DNA of 64,000 nt from a virus. The first letter of the stretch is position 1. The number at the start of each line of letters is the position of its first letter. The stretch is from positions 1 to 64,000 of the IMG/VR virus record IMGVR_UViG_3300024503_000485; one strand, given 5' to 3'. The notes beneath the pieces are model-generated. The model was given only the letters and a program-made list of their open reading frames with translations. It had not been told where the DNA came from and searched no databases. The position numbers and the translations under genes are program-made. Positions 19,225-27,516 of this stretch are shown piece after piece.

Positions 19225-20298
19225 ATGCCAGCAGTAATTGAGATTCGTGAGGGTTCGTATAAGATCCGTGGCTCAGATGTGAGCATGGCCGGTAACCGTT
19301 TCGAACTAGTAGAGCAATACAAAGAAGGTGCTCAGGGTGGTTATGTAACCGTAGAAGGTGGCTCTGTACAGCCTGCTAACCCTGGCATTCCAGATCGTAA
19401 GATCCGTATTCGTTGCAGTTCAGCACAAAGTTACATGATTGTCGCCGGTGAAGTGCCAGCAATGCCCGCAGGTGATAAAAGTTTGGAGCAGATTAAAATT
19501 TCAGATAATGCCGTAGCACACGAAACGGACGAGCAGATCATCGAACGTCTTCGTAACCGTTTTGACGTGCTCAAAGATATGACCAAAGCAGTCAAAGAAG
19601 GTACCGTGCGAGCTATGATCGTCACAGGCCCTCCAGGCGTGGGCAAGAGCTTTGGTGTAGAAGAAGTACTAAGCAAGGACGATCTCTTTGATATGATGGG
19701 TCAGCGCAAGCCCAAATATGAGATTGTCAAAGGCGCAATGTCAGCAGTGGGTCTGTACAGCAAGCTCTATCACTACAGCGAAAAAGGCAATGTTATCGTG
19801 TTTGATGACTGCGACTCTGTGCTGTTGGATGACCTTAGCCTTAATATTTTGAAGGCTGCTCTGGACTCTAGCAAGAAGCGTACTATCTCTTGGAACACTG
19901 ACAGCCGTGTTCTGCGTTCAGAAGGAGTGCCAGATCGCTTTGAATTTAAAGCAGGCGCTATCTTTATCACTAACATCAAGTTTGAGAATGTGCGTTCTAA
20001 GAAACTGCAGGATCACCTTGCCGCTCTTGAAAGCCGTTGCCACTACATTGATCTTCAAATGGACACAGATCGCGAAAAGGTCTTGCGCATTAAGCAGATC
20101 ACCCAAGATGGCATGTTGGACAGCTACGAGTTTGAAGACTGCGTTAAGGATGAGATCATTGATTACATTCTTGAAAAACGAGCACAAATGCGTGAGCTGA
20201 GCCTGCGTACGGTACTCAAGGTAGCAGACCTGCGCAAGAGCTTTCCTACAAATTGGAAGAGCATGGCAGAAGTTACCGTTATGAAGCGAGGTGCCTAA
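19225..20298 (+). CDS. AAA+ ATPase (Walker A GPPGVGKS, Walker B VIVFDDCD, sensor-1 FITN, SRC-type arginine-finger motif)
   Basis: P-loop and DD Walker B, with ESRCHYIDL resembling the clamp-loader/RFC-like SRC box. Has a ~110-aa N-terminal extension. RBS TAGGAGCG. Confidence 0.6.
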   Translation: MPAVIEIREGSYKIRGSDVSMAGNRFELVEQYKEGAQGGYVTVEGGSVQPANPGIPDRKIRIRCSSAQSYMIVAGEVPAMPAGDKSLEQIKISDNAVAHETDEQIIERLRNRFDVLKDMTKAVKEGTVRAMIVTGPPGVGKSFGVEEVLSKDDLFDMMGQRKPKYEIVKGAMSAVGLYSKLYHYSEKGNVIVFDDCDSVLLDDLSLNILKAALDSSKKRTISWNTDSRVLRSEGVPDRFEFKAGAIFITNIKFENVRSKKLQDHLAALESRCHYIDLQMDTDREKVLRIKQITQDGMLDSYEFEDCVKDEIIDYILEKRAQMRELSLRTVLKVADLRKSFPTNWKSMAEVTVMKRGA

Positions 20299-20540
20299 TG
20301 GAAGGCCCGTCTAAGACCTGTACTTGGATTGGGCCCGAGCAGGACCCTTTGAAGCACTGGCCCATTCATTACTGCGGGTGTCCTAGTGTTCAAGGGTCTA
20401 GCTACTGCGCTGATCACTACTGGAAGGTCTATGCTCGAGGCACTTCAGTTAACGGCCGTCGACGTGAACGTGCCATAGAGCAAGAGATTCAACAACTTAA
20501 ACAAGCACAAGAGCTTGAGGAGTATGAAAATGAAAACTAA
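20298..20540 (+). CDS. GcrA C-terminal-domain-like protein
   Basis: CTWIGPEQDP...HYCGCPSVQGSSYCADHYWKVY matches the GcrA C-terminal signature C.WP.G.P...FCG...PYC..H...AY. The N-terminal HTH is absent. Coupled to the upstream ATPase through a TAATG overlap. Confidence 0.55.
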   Translation: MEGPSKTCTWIGPEQDPLKHWPIHYCGCPSVQGSSYCADHYWKVYARGTSVNGRRRERAIEQEIQQLKQAQELEEYENEN

Positions 20541-20730
20541 CATCTTTACAATTGCCCTGCTGGCGCTTGTAATCGTATTCTTTTTTGCCGTAGGTCCTAT
20601 CCTGGTAATTTGGAGTATGAATACACTATTCCCCGTGTTGGCCATTCCGTATACGTTTTGGACATGGTTAAGCGTGGTCTTGCTCGGCGCATTCTTTCGA
20701 GCAAATGTTTCCATTAAACGGAAAGATTGA
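20524..20730 (+). CDS. small membrane protein
   Basis: Two TM helices. Confidence 0.4.
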   Translation: MKMKTNIFTIALLALVIVFFFAVGPILVIWSMNTLFPVLAIPYTFWTWLSVVLLGAFFRANVSIKRKD

Positions 20731-20732
20731 GG

Positions 20733-20761
20733 TTGCTATTTTACAACAAGAATGCTACTAT
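20733..20761 (+). promoter_or_regulatory. possible promoter variant (GGTTGCTA-N17-TACTAT)
   Basis: Weaker match to the cassette promoter consensus. Confidence 0.35.
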
Positions 20762-20810
20762 ATTGACACGCTGTGGAACACAGCCATATAACATAAAGGA
20801 AAACACAGAC

Positions 20811-21086
20811 ATGAAACGTATCTCTAAAGACTCAAAGACTTTTAAGATTTTTACTGCACTACAAAATGGTGACAAACTAACTGCAAGCCAAGCTGAGAAG
20901 CGTTTTGGCGTAAAGAACCTGGCTGCTGAAGCAAGCCGTCTCCGCCAAGCTGGTTATGCTGTTTATGCTAACTCTCGCAAGGCAGGTAATGGTGTTACCG
21001 TTACTGAGTATGAACTAGGCCGTCCTTCACGCGAGATCGTTGCTCTAGGCTACTTAGCTCGTAACATGGGCATGACATTGGCTTAA
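20811..21086 (+). CDS. putative HTH DNA-binding protein
   Basis: LTASQAEKRFGVKNLAAEASRLRQAGY is a helix-turn-helix-like segment. 91 aa. Confidence 0.4.
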   Translation: MKRISKDSKTFKIFTALQNGDKLTASQAEKRFGVKNLAAEASRLRQAGYAVYANSRKAGNGVTVTEYELGRPSREIVALGYLARNMGMTLA

Positions 21087-21135
21087 TAGGTCGCTCCACA
21101 AAACCAAGCCGATTCGCTCCCGGGGCGGTTTTGGA

Positions 21136-21162
21136 ATAGGGTCCTAAGGGCCCTATTTTTTT
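21136..21162 (+). terminator. rho-independent terminator
   Basis: 9-bp stem ATAGGGTCC/GGGCCCTAT followed by T7. Confidence 0.65.
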
Positions 21163-21208
21163 GGCCGTTTGTTGCAAAAAAGCCACAGGCCGGCACTCTC
21201 CAAAATGG

Positions 21209-21237
21209 TTGACAGAACTGCTGTTTGATGGTATAAT
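21209..21237 (+). promoter_or_regulatory. early sigma70-type promoter
   Basis: GGTTGACAG, N17, TATAAT. Confidence 0.65.
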
Positions 21238-21260
21238 AGAGTTATTGTTAAGGAGCGATG

Positions 21261-21905
21261 ATGAGCACATTTACAGCAGATCAAGTTTGGGGCCTAGCTG
21301 TTAGGGCTGATACACAGAATGGCGGCTACTGCAAAGAGCCTGTATTCGCTGCTACCGCTACACACGGGATCGATTACAATAACGTGATCAAACAAGCCAA
21401 CAAGGTTCTGGTCAAGAACTGGCTCAGAGAGAATGCTCAGCCTACAGCAGAAGAGATCACTCTTGGCCAAGAGTATCGTAACTATTTCAAAACATTCACC
21501 CTCAAAGCACTCACTGGCAAGATCAATGACTTTGAGACCACAGCTATGAAGATTGCAGCCAAAGACGAGTTCACTGGCCGTGATATGTTGGACTTTGCTG
21601 TTGTCAGCTGTTTACCCAGCGTAGCTCGTCGTGATAAGGCCCAAACAGAGCTCAAGCGAGAGATCTATCAAAGCGAGCAACTCTCCGGCGCTGTAGGTGA
21701 TGAGATCGTAGGGGAGATCGAAGTGATCCGCACACGATTCAACCCTGAATACAACAAGTATCGCATCACTGCTCGTATGGGTGAGAGCTTTATTGATTTT
21801 TGGTACAAGGATGATGTCAAAGGCACTATCCGTATCAAGGGCAAGATCAAGAATGTTCGTGGCGATAAAACAACACAGCTCAACTATGTTAAAAAAGTTG
21901 GTTGA
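21261..21905 (+). CDS. hypothetical protein
   Basis: RBS AAGGAGCG, 214 aa. Confidence 0.45.
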   Translation: MSTFTADQVWGLAVRADTQNGGYCKEPVFAATATHGIDYNNVIKQANKVLVKNWLRENAQPTAEEITLGQEYRNYFKTFTLKALTGKINDFETTAMKIAAKDEFTGRDMLDFAVVSCLPSVARRDKAQTELKREIYQSEQLSGAVGDEIVGEIEVIRTRFNPEYNKYRITARMGESFIDFWYKDDVKGTIRIKGKIKNVRGDKTTQLNYVKKVG

Positions 21906-21930
21906 CAACTGCACCAAGAGGTGCTACAAT
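21902..21930 (+). promoter_or_regulatory. early sigma70-type promoter
   Basis: GTTGACAACTG, N17, TACAAT. Overlaps the upstream stop codon. Confidence 0.6.
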
Positions 21931-21982
21931 AATGATACTGGGAAAGTAATTGTTTTAACTCTTTTTATTAGCGAGGTCTAGA

Positions 21983-23068
21983 ATGGCAAAAGCACAAGAC
22001 GTTTCCGTCCGTCAAGTTGGCCCTAAGGGTGCCAAAAAAGCAATCCGTCACGCAATTAAAATGCGTCGTCCTGTATTCCTGTGGGGCCCTCCAGGTATTG
22101 GTAAGTCCGATCTCGTGAAGCAGATCGGTGATGATTCCAACCGTGAGGTTATTGATGTGCGCCTAGCACTTTGGGAACCCACCGACATCAAAGGTATTCC
22201 GTATTACAACGCAGACCAGGGCAAGATGGTTTGGGCTCCTCCCGCAGAACTGCCCATTGACCCAGAGTCCACTGCTATCATCTTCTTGGATGAATTGAAC
22301 TCTGCTCCTCCTGCTGTTCAGGCCGCGGCCTATCAGTTGGTGCTGAACCGTCGTGTTGGTACCTATGTTCTGCCTAAGGGTGTTGACGTAGTCGCCGCTG
22401 GTAACCGTGAAGGTGACCGTGGTGTTACCTATCGTATGCCTGCTCCGTTGGCTAACCGCTTCCTGCACTTGGAAATGAAGGTGGACTTTGATGACTGGCA
22501 AGATTGGGCTACCCTTAACAAGGTGCATCCTGAGGTTGTAGGTTATGTGGGTTTTGCCAAGCAAGACTTGTATGACTTCGATCCTAAGAGCCCTAGCAAG
22601 TCATTTGCTACTCCTCGTTCTTGGAGTTTCGTCAGCGACCTGTTAGGTGATGACGGTGTTGACGAAGATACTTTGTCTACATTGGTAAGTGGTGCTATTG
22701 GTGACGGCTTGGCTGTTAAGTTTATGGCTCACCGTAAGATTGCTGGCAAATTGCCTAAGGCAGAAGACATCCTTATTGGCAAGGTCAAGGACCTTCAGAT
22801 CAAGGAAGTGTCAGCGATGTATTCTTTGACCGTTTCATTGTGCTACGAGTTGAAAGACCGTGCAGAGAAAAAGGTTAAAGATTGGGATGCTCAGGCAGAC
22901 AACTTCTTCCGCTACATGATGGACAATTTCCCAACTGAGATTGTGGTCATGGGTGCTAAGACTGCTCTTACCAACTACGACTTGCCGTTGGACGCTACAA
23001 AGATGAAGAGCTTTGACGAGTTCCACAAGCGTTTTGGTAAGTATGTTTTGAAAGCGATGGAGAATTAA
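21983..23068 (+). CDS. cobS: MoxR-like AAA+ ATPase (CobS-like, AAA_5)
   Basis: Walker A GPPGIGKS, Walker B IIFLDELN, then SAPPAVQAAAYQLVLNRRVG, typical of the MoxR/CobS clade. 361 aa, matching phage cobS. Confidence 0.65.
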   Translation: MAKAQDVSVRQVGPKGAKKAIRHAIKMRRPVFLWGPPGIGKSDLVKQIGDDSNREVIDVRLALWEPTDIKGIPYYNADQGKMVWAPPAELPIDPESTAIIFLDELNSAPPAVQAAAYQLVLNRRVGTYVLPKGVDVVAAGNREGDRGVTYRMPAPLANRFLHLEMKVDFDDWQDWATLNKVHPEVVGYVGFAKQDLYDFDPKSPSKSFATPRSWSFVSDLLGDDGVDEDTLSTLVSGAIGDGLAVKFMAHRKIAGKLPKAEDILIGKVKDLQIKEVSAMYSLTVSLCYELKDRAEKKVKDWDAQADNFFRYMMDNFPTEIVVMGAKTALTNYDLPLDATKMKSFDEFHKRFGKYVLKAMEN

Positions 23069-23130
23069 GACCTCGCCCATCGCCGGGCGGGGGCTCACCC
23101 AGGGCTTCCGCCCACCTTTTGGAGTGCCGG

Positions 23131-23170
23131 GCGGTGTTGTAAATACGCAACATCGTCCGGTTTCTTTTTG
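23131..23170 (+). terminator. putative terminator hairpin (imperfect 13-bp stem plus T-tract)
   Basis: CCGGGCGGTGTTG...CAACATCGTCCGG followed by TTTCTTTTT. Confidence 0.4.
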
Positions 23171-23171
23171 G

Positions 23172-23200
23172 TTGACAAACCCGGATCCTGGTGCTATAAT
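23172..23200 (+). promoter_or_regulatory. early sigma70-type promoter
   Basis: GGTTGACAAAC, N17, TATAAT. Confidence 0.65.
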
Positions 23201-23225
23201 ATACACATACTAAGGAGAGCGACTA

Positions 23226-24434
23226 ATGTCTACAAACATCGTTGATAAATTAACTACTGCACGGGTCGGTCTATTGCTCAAAGCACCGTTCTTTGGCAAC
23301 ATGGCAACTCGTATGCGTTTAGTCTGTGCTGACGACTGGTGCCCTACTGCGGCGACCAATGGCCGTGACTTTTATTACAACACAAAGTTCATCGAAAAAC
23401 TTTCAGAGAAAAAACTAGAGTTCCTGTTTGGTCACGAGATCCTTCACTGCGTGTTTGATCACTTTGGCCGTGTAGGTAGCCGTGATCGTCAACTTTCTAA
23501 CATCGCACAGGACTTTGCTGTAAACCAAATCCTTGTAGACGAGCGTATTGGTGAGAAGATCACTGAGGTTAAGATCTGTTATGATCCTAAGTTCCGTGGA
23601 CTTGCTTGGGAAGAAATCTACGATATTCTGTATGAAAAAGCAGAGAAGATTCCTATGGATCAACTGATGAAAGAGTTGGGCGATCTGTTGGACGAGCACA
23701 TTAAGGAACAAGAGGGTGCTGGCTCAGAAGATGACAAGACCAAAGACGGTAAGAGCAAGCCTAGCCTTAGCAAAGAAGAAGCAGAACGCATCAAGCAAGA
23801 GATCAAAGAAGCAATGATCCAAAGTGCCGCGGCCGCTGGTGCAGGCAAGACTCCTGCAGGCATTATGCGTATGATTAAGTCTATGACTGAGCCTAAGATG
23901 GACTGGCGTCAGTTGGTGCAACAAGAGATCCAAAGCATTGTTCGCAACGACTACTCCTTCCAGCGTGTTAATCGCAAGAGTATGCACTCAGGCGCAATCT
24001 TGCCAGGCATGAAAGAAGCAACTACCATTGACGTGGCTATTGCTGTTGACATGAGTGGTAGTATTGGTGAAGAAGATGCCAGCACATTCCTTTCGGAGAT
24101 CAAAGGCATCATGGACCAATACGAGGACTTCAAGATCAACCTGTGGTGCTTTGACACAGAGATCTATAACCCACAAGAGATCACTCATGACAACTCACAT
24201 GACTTGCTTGAGTATGAACCTCAAGGTGGCGGTGGCACAGACTTTGATGTCAACTTTACCTACATGGAAGAGAATGACATTCGCCCTAAGAAGTTCATTA
24301 TGTTCACAGACGGCTATCCCTGTGGTAGTTGGGGTCCTGAGGACTACTGCGACACAATCTTTATCGTTAAGGGCAATACACAAGCAGAGGCGCCCTTTGG
24401 TCAAACGGTGATCTACGAAAAAGAGGCGGGCTAG
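23226..24434 (+). CDS. VWA-domain protein with N-terminal HExxH putative metallopeptidase-like domain (CobT-like/DUF2201-type partner of the MoxR ATPase)
   Basis: HEILH motif near the N-terminus; C-terminal MIDAS motif DMSGS (DxSxS), followed by a vWA-like region. Confidence 0.55.
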   Translation: MSTNIVDKLTTARVGLLLKAPFFGNMATRMRLVCADDWCPTAATNGRDFYYNTKFIEKLSEKKLEFLFGHEILHCVFDHFGRVGSRDRQLSNIAQDFAVNQILVDERIGEKITEVKICYDPKFRGLAWEEIYDILYEKAEKIPMDQLMKELGDLLDEHIKEQEGAGSEDDKTKDGKSKPSLSKEEAERIKQEIKEAMIQSAAAAGAGKTPAGIMRMIKSMTEPKMDWRQLVQQEIQSIVRNDYSFQRVNRKSMHSGAILPGMKEATTIDVAIAVDMSGSIGEEDASTFLSEIKGIMDQYEDFKINLWCFDTEIYNPQEITHDNSHDLLEYEPQGGGGTDFDVNFTYMEENDIRPKKFIMFTDGYPCGSWGPEDYCDTIFIVKGNTQAEAPFGQTVIYEKEAG

Positions 24435-24517
24435 GAGAGTGCCGGGGGGTGTGGCTAAAAAGCCACACTTCCACCAAAGGCCCCGCTGCTACACGTATGC
24501 ACGTATATAGATTATGG

Positions 24518-24546
24518 TTGACAGATAGATAATTTGGCCTTATAAT
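24518..24546 (+). promoter_or_regulatory. early sigma70-type promoter
   Basis: GGTTGACAG, N17, TATAAT. Confidence 0.65.
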
Positions 24547-24577
24547 ACATATACACAGACACAGAAAGGGGCGGTAA

Positions 24578-24721
24578 ATGGAACTAGTAATTGCATTTGT
24601 CCTTGGGCTCATAGTAATGGACTTAATGTGGGCCTGGCGCTTGGGCATCCCTCAGATGCTTTGGGCACGTTGGAAGTATCGCAAAGTCCTTAAACAAATG
24701 TCAGAACAGGAGCAATCATGA
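24578..24721 (+). CDS. small membrane protein (47 aa)
   Basis: RBS AAGGGG then ATG; one TM helix. Confidence 0.3.
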   Translation: MELVIAFVLGLIVMDLMWAWRLGIPQMLWARWKYRKVLKQMSEQEQS

Positions 24722-24846
24722 AAGTATTCATCGCAGGTACAATCTTTGGTCTCGTAGTGGCTACCGTAGGATTATCGGGCATCGCTAAGATCTTCGATAA
24801 TGGGGTTGCCAAAGTCCAGGAAGTATCTAAAGAAGCTGCGAAGTAA
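24718..24846 (+). CDS. small membrane protein (42 aa)
   Basis: RBS ACAGGAGCAATCATG, identical to the 16-mer at 32703. One TM helix. Confidence 0.3.
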   Translation: MKVFIAGTIFGLVVATVGLSGIAKIFDNGVAKVQEVSKEAAK

Positions 24847-25055
24847 TGCCTAGATACACGTTCTGGCGCAATTCTATAATCTGCGAAGTCTACGAACTTG
24901 AAGCAGGTTCAGAAGAGGAAGCACGTGAAAAGCTCATGAATGGAGAAGTGGACCCAATGACCGAAGAATGGGTTGATTGGGCCACTGACAACTTCGAGCT
25001 GGAAGACGTGGAAGATGAATTGGTAACATTCTTAAAATCAAAGGAAACAACATGA
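24846..25055 (+). CDS. small highly acidic protein
   Basis: 69 aa, rich in Glu and Asp. Confidence 0.4.
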   Translation: MPRYTFWRNSIICEVYELEAGSEEEAREKLMNGEVDPMTEEWVDWATDNFELEDVEDELVTFLKSKETT

Positions 25056-25243
25056 CTTTTGGTATGATCGTTGAAGATCCCTTTTATGATGAAGATGGTG
25101 TACTCATTGACGAGGATGCTGATTGGGAAGATGTTGCAGACCCGGGCGACCTAGTCTACAACGAAGACATCGGCGAATGGTTGGACAAAGAGCTAGCTGC
25201 TCACGATCGCACCTACAGCCCATTCGATACAATCAACAGCTAA
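25052..25243 (+). CDS. small highly acidic protein
   Basis: 63 aa, about 35% Asp/Glu. Confidence 0.4.
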   Translation: MTFGMIVEDPFYDEDGVLIDEDADWEDVADPGDLVYNEDIGEWLDKELAAHDRTYSPFDTINS

Positions 25244-25258
25244 CGTACATCATTTTGG

Positions 25259-25288
25259 TTGACAACTTGGCTTTTTGGTGTTAAACTA
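25259..25288 (+). promoter_or_regulatory. early sigma70-type promoter
   Basis: GGTTGACAACT, N18, TAAACT. Confidence 0.5.
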
Positions 25289-25312
25289 TAGGCATAGTGA
25301 AAGGAGCCAGCT

Positions 25313-25516
25313 GTGAATCAAAATGAATTTGAATACCTGAAGCGAGCCGTTGATGCATTGGGATCGTCAGAGACAACTCCGATGGCCCGTGTCAAGATCT
25401 TAAGGACGATGGAGCAGATCGCCGGACGCTGTGCCGTGGTGATCGAGAGGGAGTTCCAAGACCGCGTAGATCAGAACTTGGCCAATGCACATTTGGTTGA
25501 CCTTTTGAGAAAATGA
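25313..25516 (+). CDS. hypothetical protein (GTG start)
   Basis: RBS AAGGAGCC, then GTG at 25313. Confidence 0.35.
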   Translation: MNQNEFEYLKRAVDALGSSETTPMARVKILRTMEQIAGRCAVVIEREFQDRVDQNLANAHLVDLLRK

Positions 25517-25525
25517 TTGTATAAT
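25497..25525 (+). promoter_or_regulatory. early sigma70-type promoter within the 3' end of the upstream ORF
   Basis: GGTTGACC, N17, TATAAT. Confidence 0.55.
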
Positions 25526-25550
25526 TTTAACACTAACTTAAGGAGCGAAT

Positions 25551-26177
25551 ATGCCTAATTGGTGCAACAACAACTTGACGCTGGAGCATGATGATCCAGC
25601 AATGATTACCCGTGCTAAAGAAGCACTTGATCGTGGAGAGTTCCTGCAGGAGTTTATTCCTGTGCCCAAAGAACTCACAGAGACCATGGCAGGATCCTAC
25701 GGGGATGATGCCAAACAAAAGGATCTGGAAGCACAGATGAAAGCCAATGTGGCCAAATATGGCTACAGCAACTGGTATGACTTCTGCGTGGGTGAATGGG
25801 GAACCAAATGGGATGTAGGCGGTGATGGACAAAGCGACATCCACCCAGACGGTAAGAGTCTATTCACTTCTTTTGATTCAGCATGGTCACCACCCGTGAA
25901 TGCTTATCAGAAGTTGGAACAACTTGGCTTCCGTGTGAACGCAATGTTCTACGAATCCGGTATGGCATTTGCTGGTATTTACGAAGATGGCAACTGCGAG
26001 GACTTTAGCCTAGAAGGCATGAGTGCCGATGAGATCGAGCAGAACTATCCAGAGTTGGACGAAGCATTCTGCATCGCCGAGGCTATCCGTGAATTCCAGG
26101 AAGAGGACGAAGAGCTCACAGAGTGGATCAAGGATGGTGTTGAGCAGAACAAGAAACTAGGACTTGTTTCAGAATGA
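25551..26177 (+). CDS. hypothetical acidic protein (N-terminus MPNWCNNNL)
   Basis: RBS TAAGGAGCG, 208 aa. Confidence 0.45.
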   Translation: MPNWCNNNLTLEHDDPAMITRAKEALDRGEFLQEFIPVPKELTETMAGSYGDDAKQKDLEAQMKANVAKYGYSNWYDFCVGEWGTKWDVGGDGQSDIHPDGKSLFTSFDSAWSPPVNAYQKLEQLGFRVNAMFYESGMAFAGIYEDGNCEDFSLEGMSADEIEQNYPELDEAFCIAEAIREFQEEDEELTEWIKDGVEQNKKLGLVSE

Positions 26178-26473
26178 TGCACATTGTTAAACTCGACAAG
26201 AGATACGATGGTTATGGAAGATTTAGCCATCGTGTCGAGTTTATCAGTTATGGCGCAGGTGCGAGGCTTACAGATCAAAAGAATTGGATTAAGTCTCGCA
26301 ACTACTTGTGGACGCAATTCGGTCCGAGTGCCGAATTGCACCTAGCTCGCCCAGAGTTATTCGATGGGGTCCAACCAAAATGGGCCTGGGATGATTCTAA
26401 GAGTGCTATATATTTGAAAGACGAATCTTACACAATGTTCGTTTTGAAATGGGAGTCATGGCAAAATGCCTAG
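26174..26473 (+). CDS. hypothetical protein
   Basis: 99-aa ORF. Confidence 0.4.
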   Translation: MMHIVKLDKRYDGYGRFSHRVEFISYGAGARLTDQKNWIKSRNYLWTQFGPSAELHLARPELFDGVQPKWAWDDSKSAIYLKDESYTMFVLKWESWQNA

Positions 26474-26660
26474 AGAGTTTAACTTCAGTTTTCACGTGGT
26501 CTGCGCCGGGGACGGCAAGGCAGACGTGGGCCGAGTCGAAGAAATGATCGATTTGGCCATGCAGGATCTGGTCTACGACGACGAGTTCATCGCCGCCTTG
26601 GACGAGAAGGACAGCGTTACTATTCAAGTAATTCCGCAATTTGGACAAACAAATGGTTGA
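26466..26660 (+). CDS. hypothetical small protein
   Basis: 64-aa ORF. Confidence 0.35.
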   Translation: MPREFNFSFHVVCAGDGKADVGRVEEMIDLAMQDLVYDDEFIAALDEKDSVTIQVIPQFGQTNG

Positions 26661-26685
26661 CAAACTTGAATAGTGATGCTACATT
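26657..26685 (+). promoter_or_regulatory. early sigma70-type promoter
   Basis: GGTTGACAAAC, N17, TACATT. Confidence 0.5.
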
Positions 26686-26741
26686 ATTAACATGCCCAAT
26701 AGGCATATCTTTAACACACACACTTTTTGGAGAACTTTAAA

Positions 26742-27044
26742 ATGGCTACAGATAAGAAATTTGCGGTTGCTGGTGTTTCGACACTGGAAGGTAAGACCAA
26801 GCTTCGTTTCGCTAACGATGTTATGCGCATCAAGATCTTGGCAAAGAACGGTCACAAGGATGTTGAGCTCGTTGAGCTGCCATCAGAGATGACCAAGGCT
26901 GAGGCTGTACAACACCTCAAGAGCGTTGGTTTCGGCTCAGGCAATGCTGCTGTACAAGCTGCGATCGCCTACGCTGAGAAGAAGAATCCAGCCCCTAAAG
27001 CTGTTAAGACTACTGCCGCGAAGGCAGAGGCTGTTACCGCTTAA
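26742..27044 (+). CDS. hypothetical protein (Ala/Lys-rich C-terminus)
   Basis: RBS GGAG, 100 aa. Confidence 0.4.
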   Translation: MATDKKFAVAGVSTLEGKTKLRFANDVMRIKILAKNGHKDVELVELPSEMTKAEAVQHLKSVGFGSGNAAVQAAIAYAEKKNPAPKAVKTTAAKAEAVTA

Positions 27045-27075
27045 ATCCGATTCGCTCCCGGTAGCGGTAACCTTG

Positions 27076-27112
27076 GGCCCTAGTATGCACACGTATACTA
27101 GGGCGTTTTTTT
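27076..27112 (+). terminator. rho-independent terminator
   Basis: 10-bp stem GCCCTAGTAT/ATACTAGGGC followed by T8. Confidence 0.7.
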
Positions 27113-27121
27113 TGACTTCGG

Positions 27122-27150
27122 TTGACAACTGGATTAACTGATCATATAAT
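27122..27150 (+). promoter_or_regulatory. early sigma70-type promoter
   Basis: GGTTGACAACTG, N17, TATAAT. Confidence 0.65.
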
Positions 27151-27189
27151 AGTATTAACGAATTGGAGCACAGGAGCTTAAATACACAC

Positions 27190-27516
27190 ATGAGCAAATT
27201 AGAATACCTTGCAAGACCTCTGGTAGCATTCGATGCTTATAACAAAGATCATAGGCGCTACTACGCAGAGTTCCTAGAATACGGTGGATGGGGGCGATGT
27301 CCAGTTCGCTTTATTTGTCCCAGTGATTCCGGTTCAGATCTAACACTAATGATCAAGAACCACCTAACTGAATACTACATTGATCGCGAGTTTGGGGGCG
27401 GCAAACTGCAACAGCTCAAAAGCGAAGAACTCAGCGAAACCGCAGACGAAATGTATCGAAGAGCAGGGAAACTTCGTAAGGAAGCAGCCGCCCTGTTGAA
27501 TCCCAGGAGAACCTAA
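27190..27516 (+). CDS. hypothetical protein
   Basis: 108-aa ORF. Confidence 0.4.
   Translation: MSKLEYLARPLVAFDAYNKDHRRYYAEFLEYGGWGRCPVRFICPSDSGSDLTLMIKNHLTEYYIDREFGGGKLQQLKSEELSETADEMYRRAGKLRKEAAALLNPRRT

Noticed and set aside
17135-24648. Numerous antisense or out-of-frame ORFs in the early region (17135-17365, 17642-17875, 17895-18095, 18135-18383, 18589-18831, 18935-19135, 19140-19322, 19431-19676, 19773-19979, 19907-20200, 19918-20187, 20445-20714, 21001-21270, 21612-21917, 21668-21883, 21781-21981, 22163-22564, 22835-23206, 23415-23711, 23660-23863, 23724-23987, 23951-24157, 23988-24188, 24055-24411, 24195-24404, 24367-24648)
   Set aside because: In a GC-rich block long antisense frames arise by chance. 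Each overlaps a sense gene that has a promoter, an RBS and recognisable motifs.
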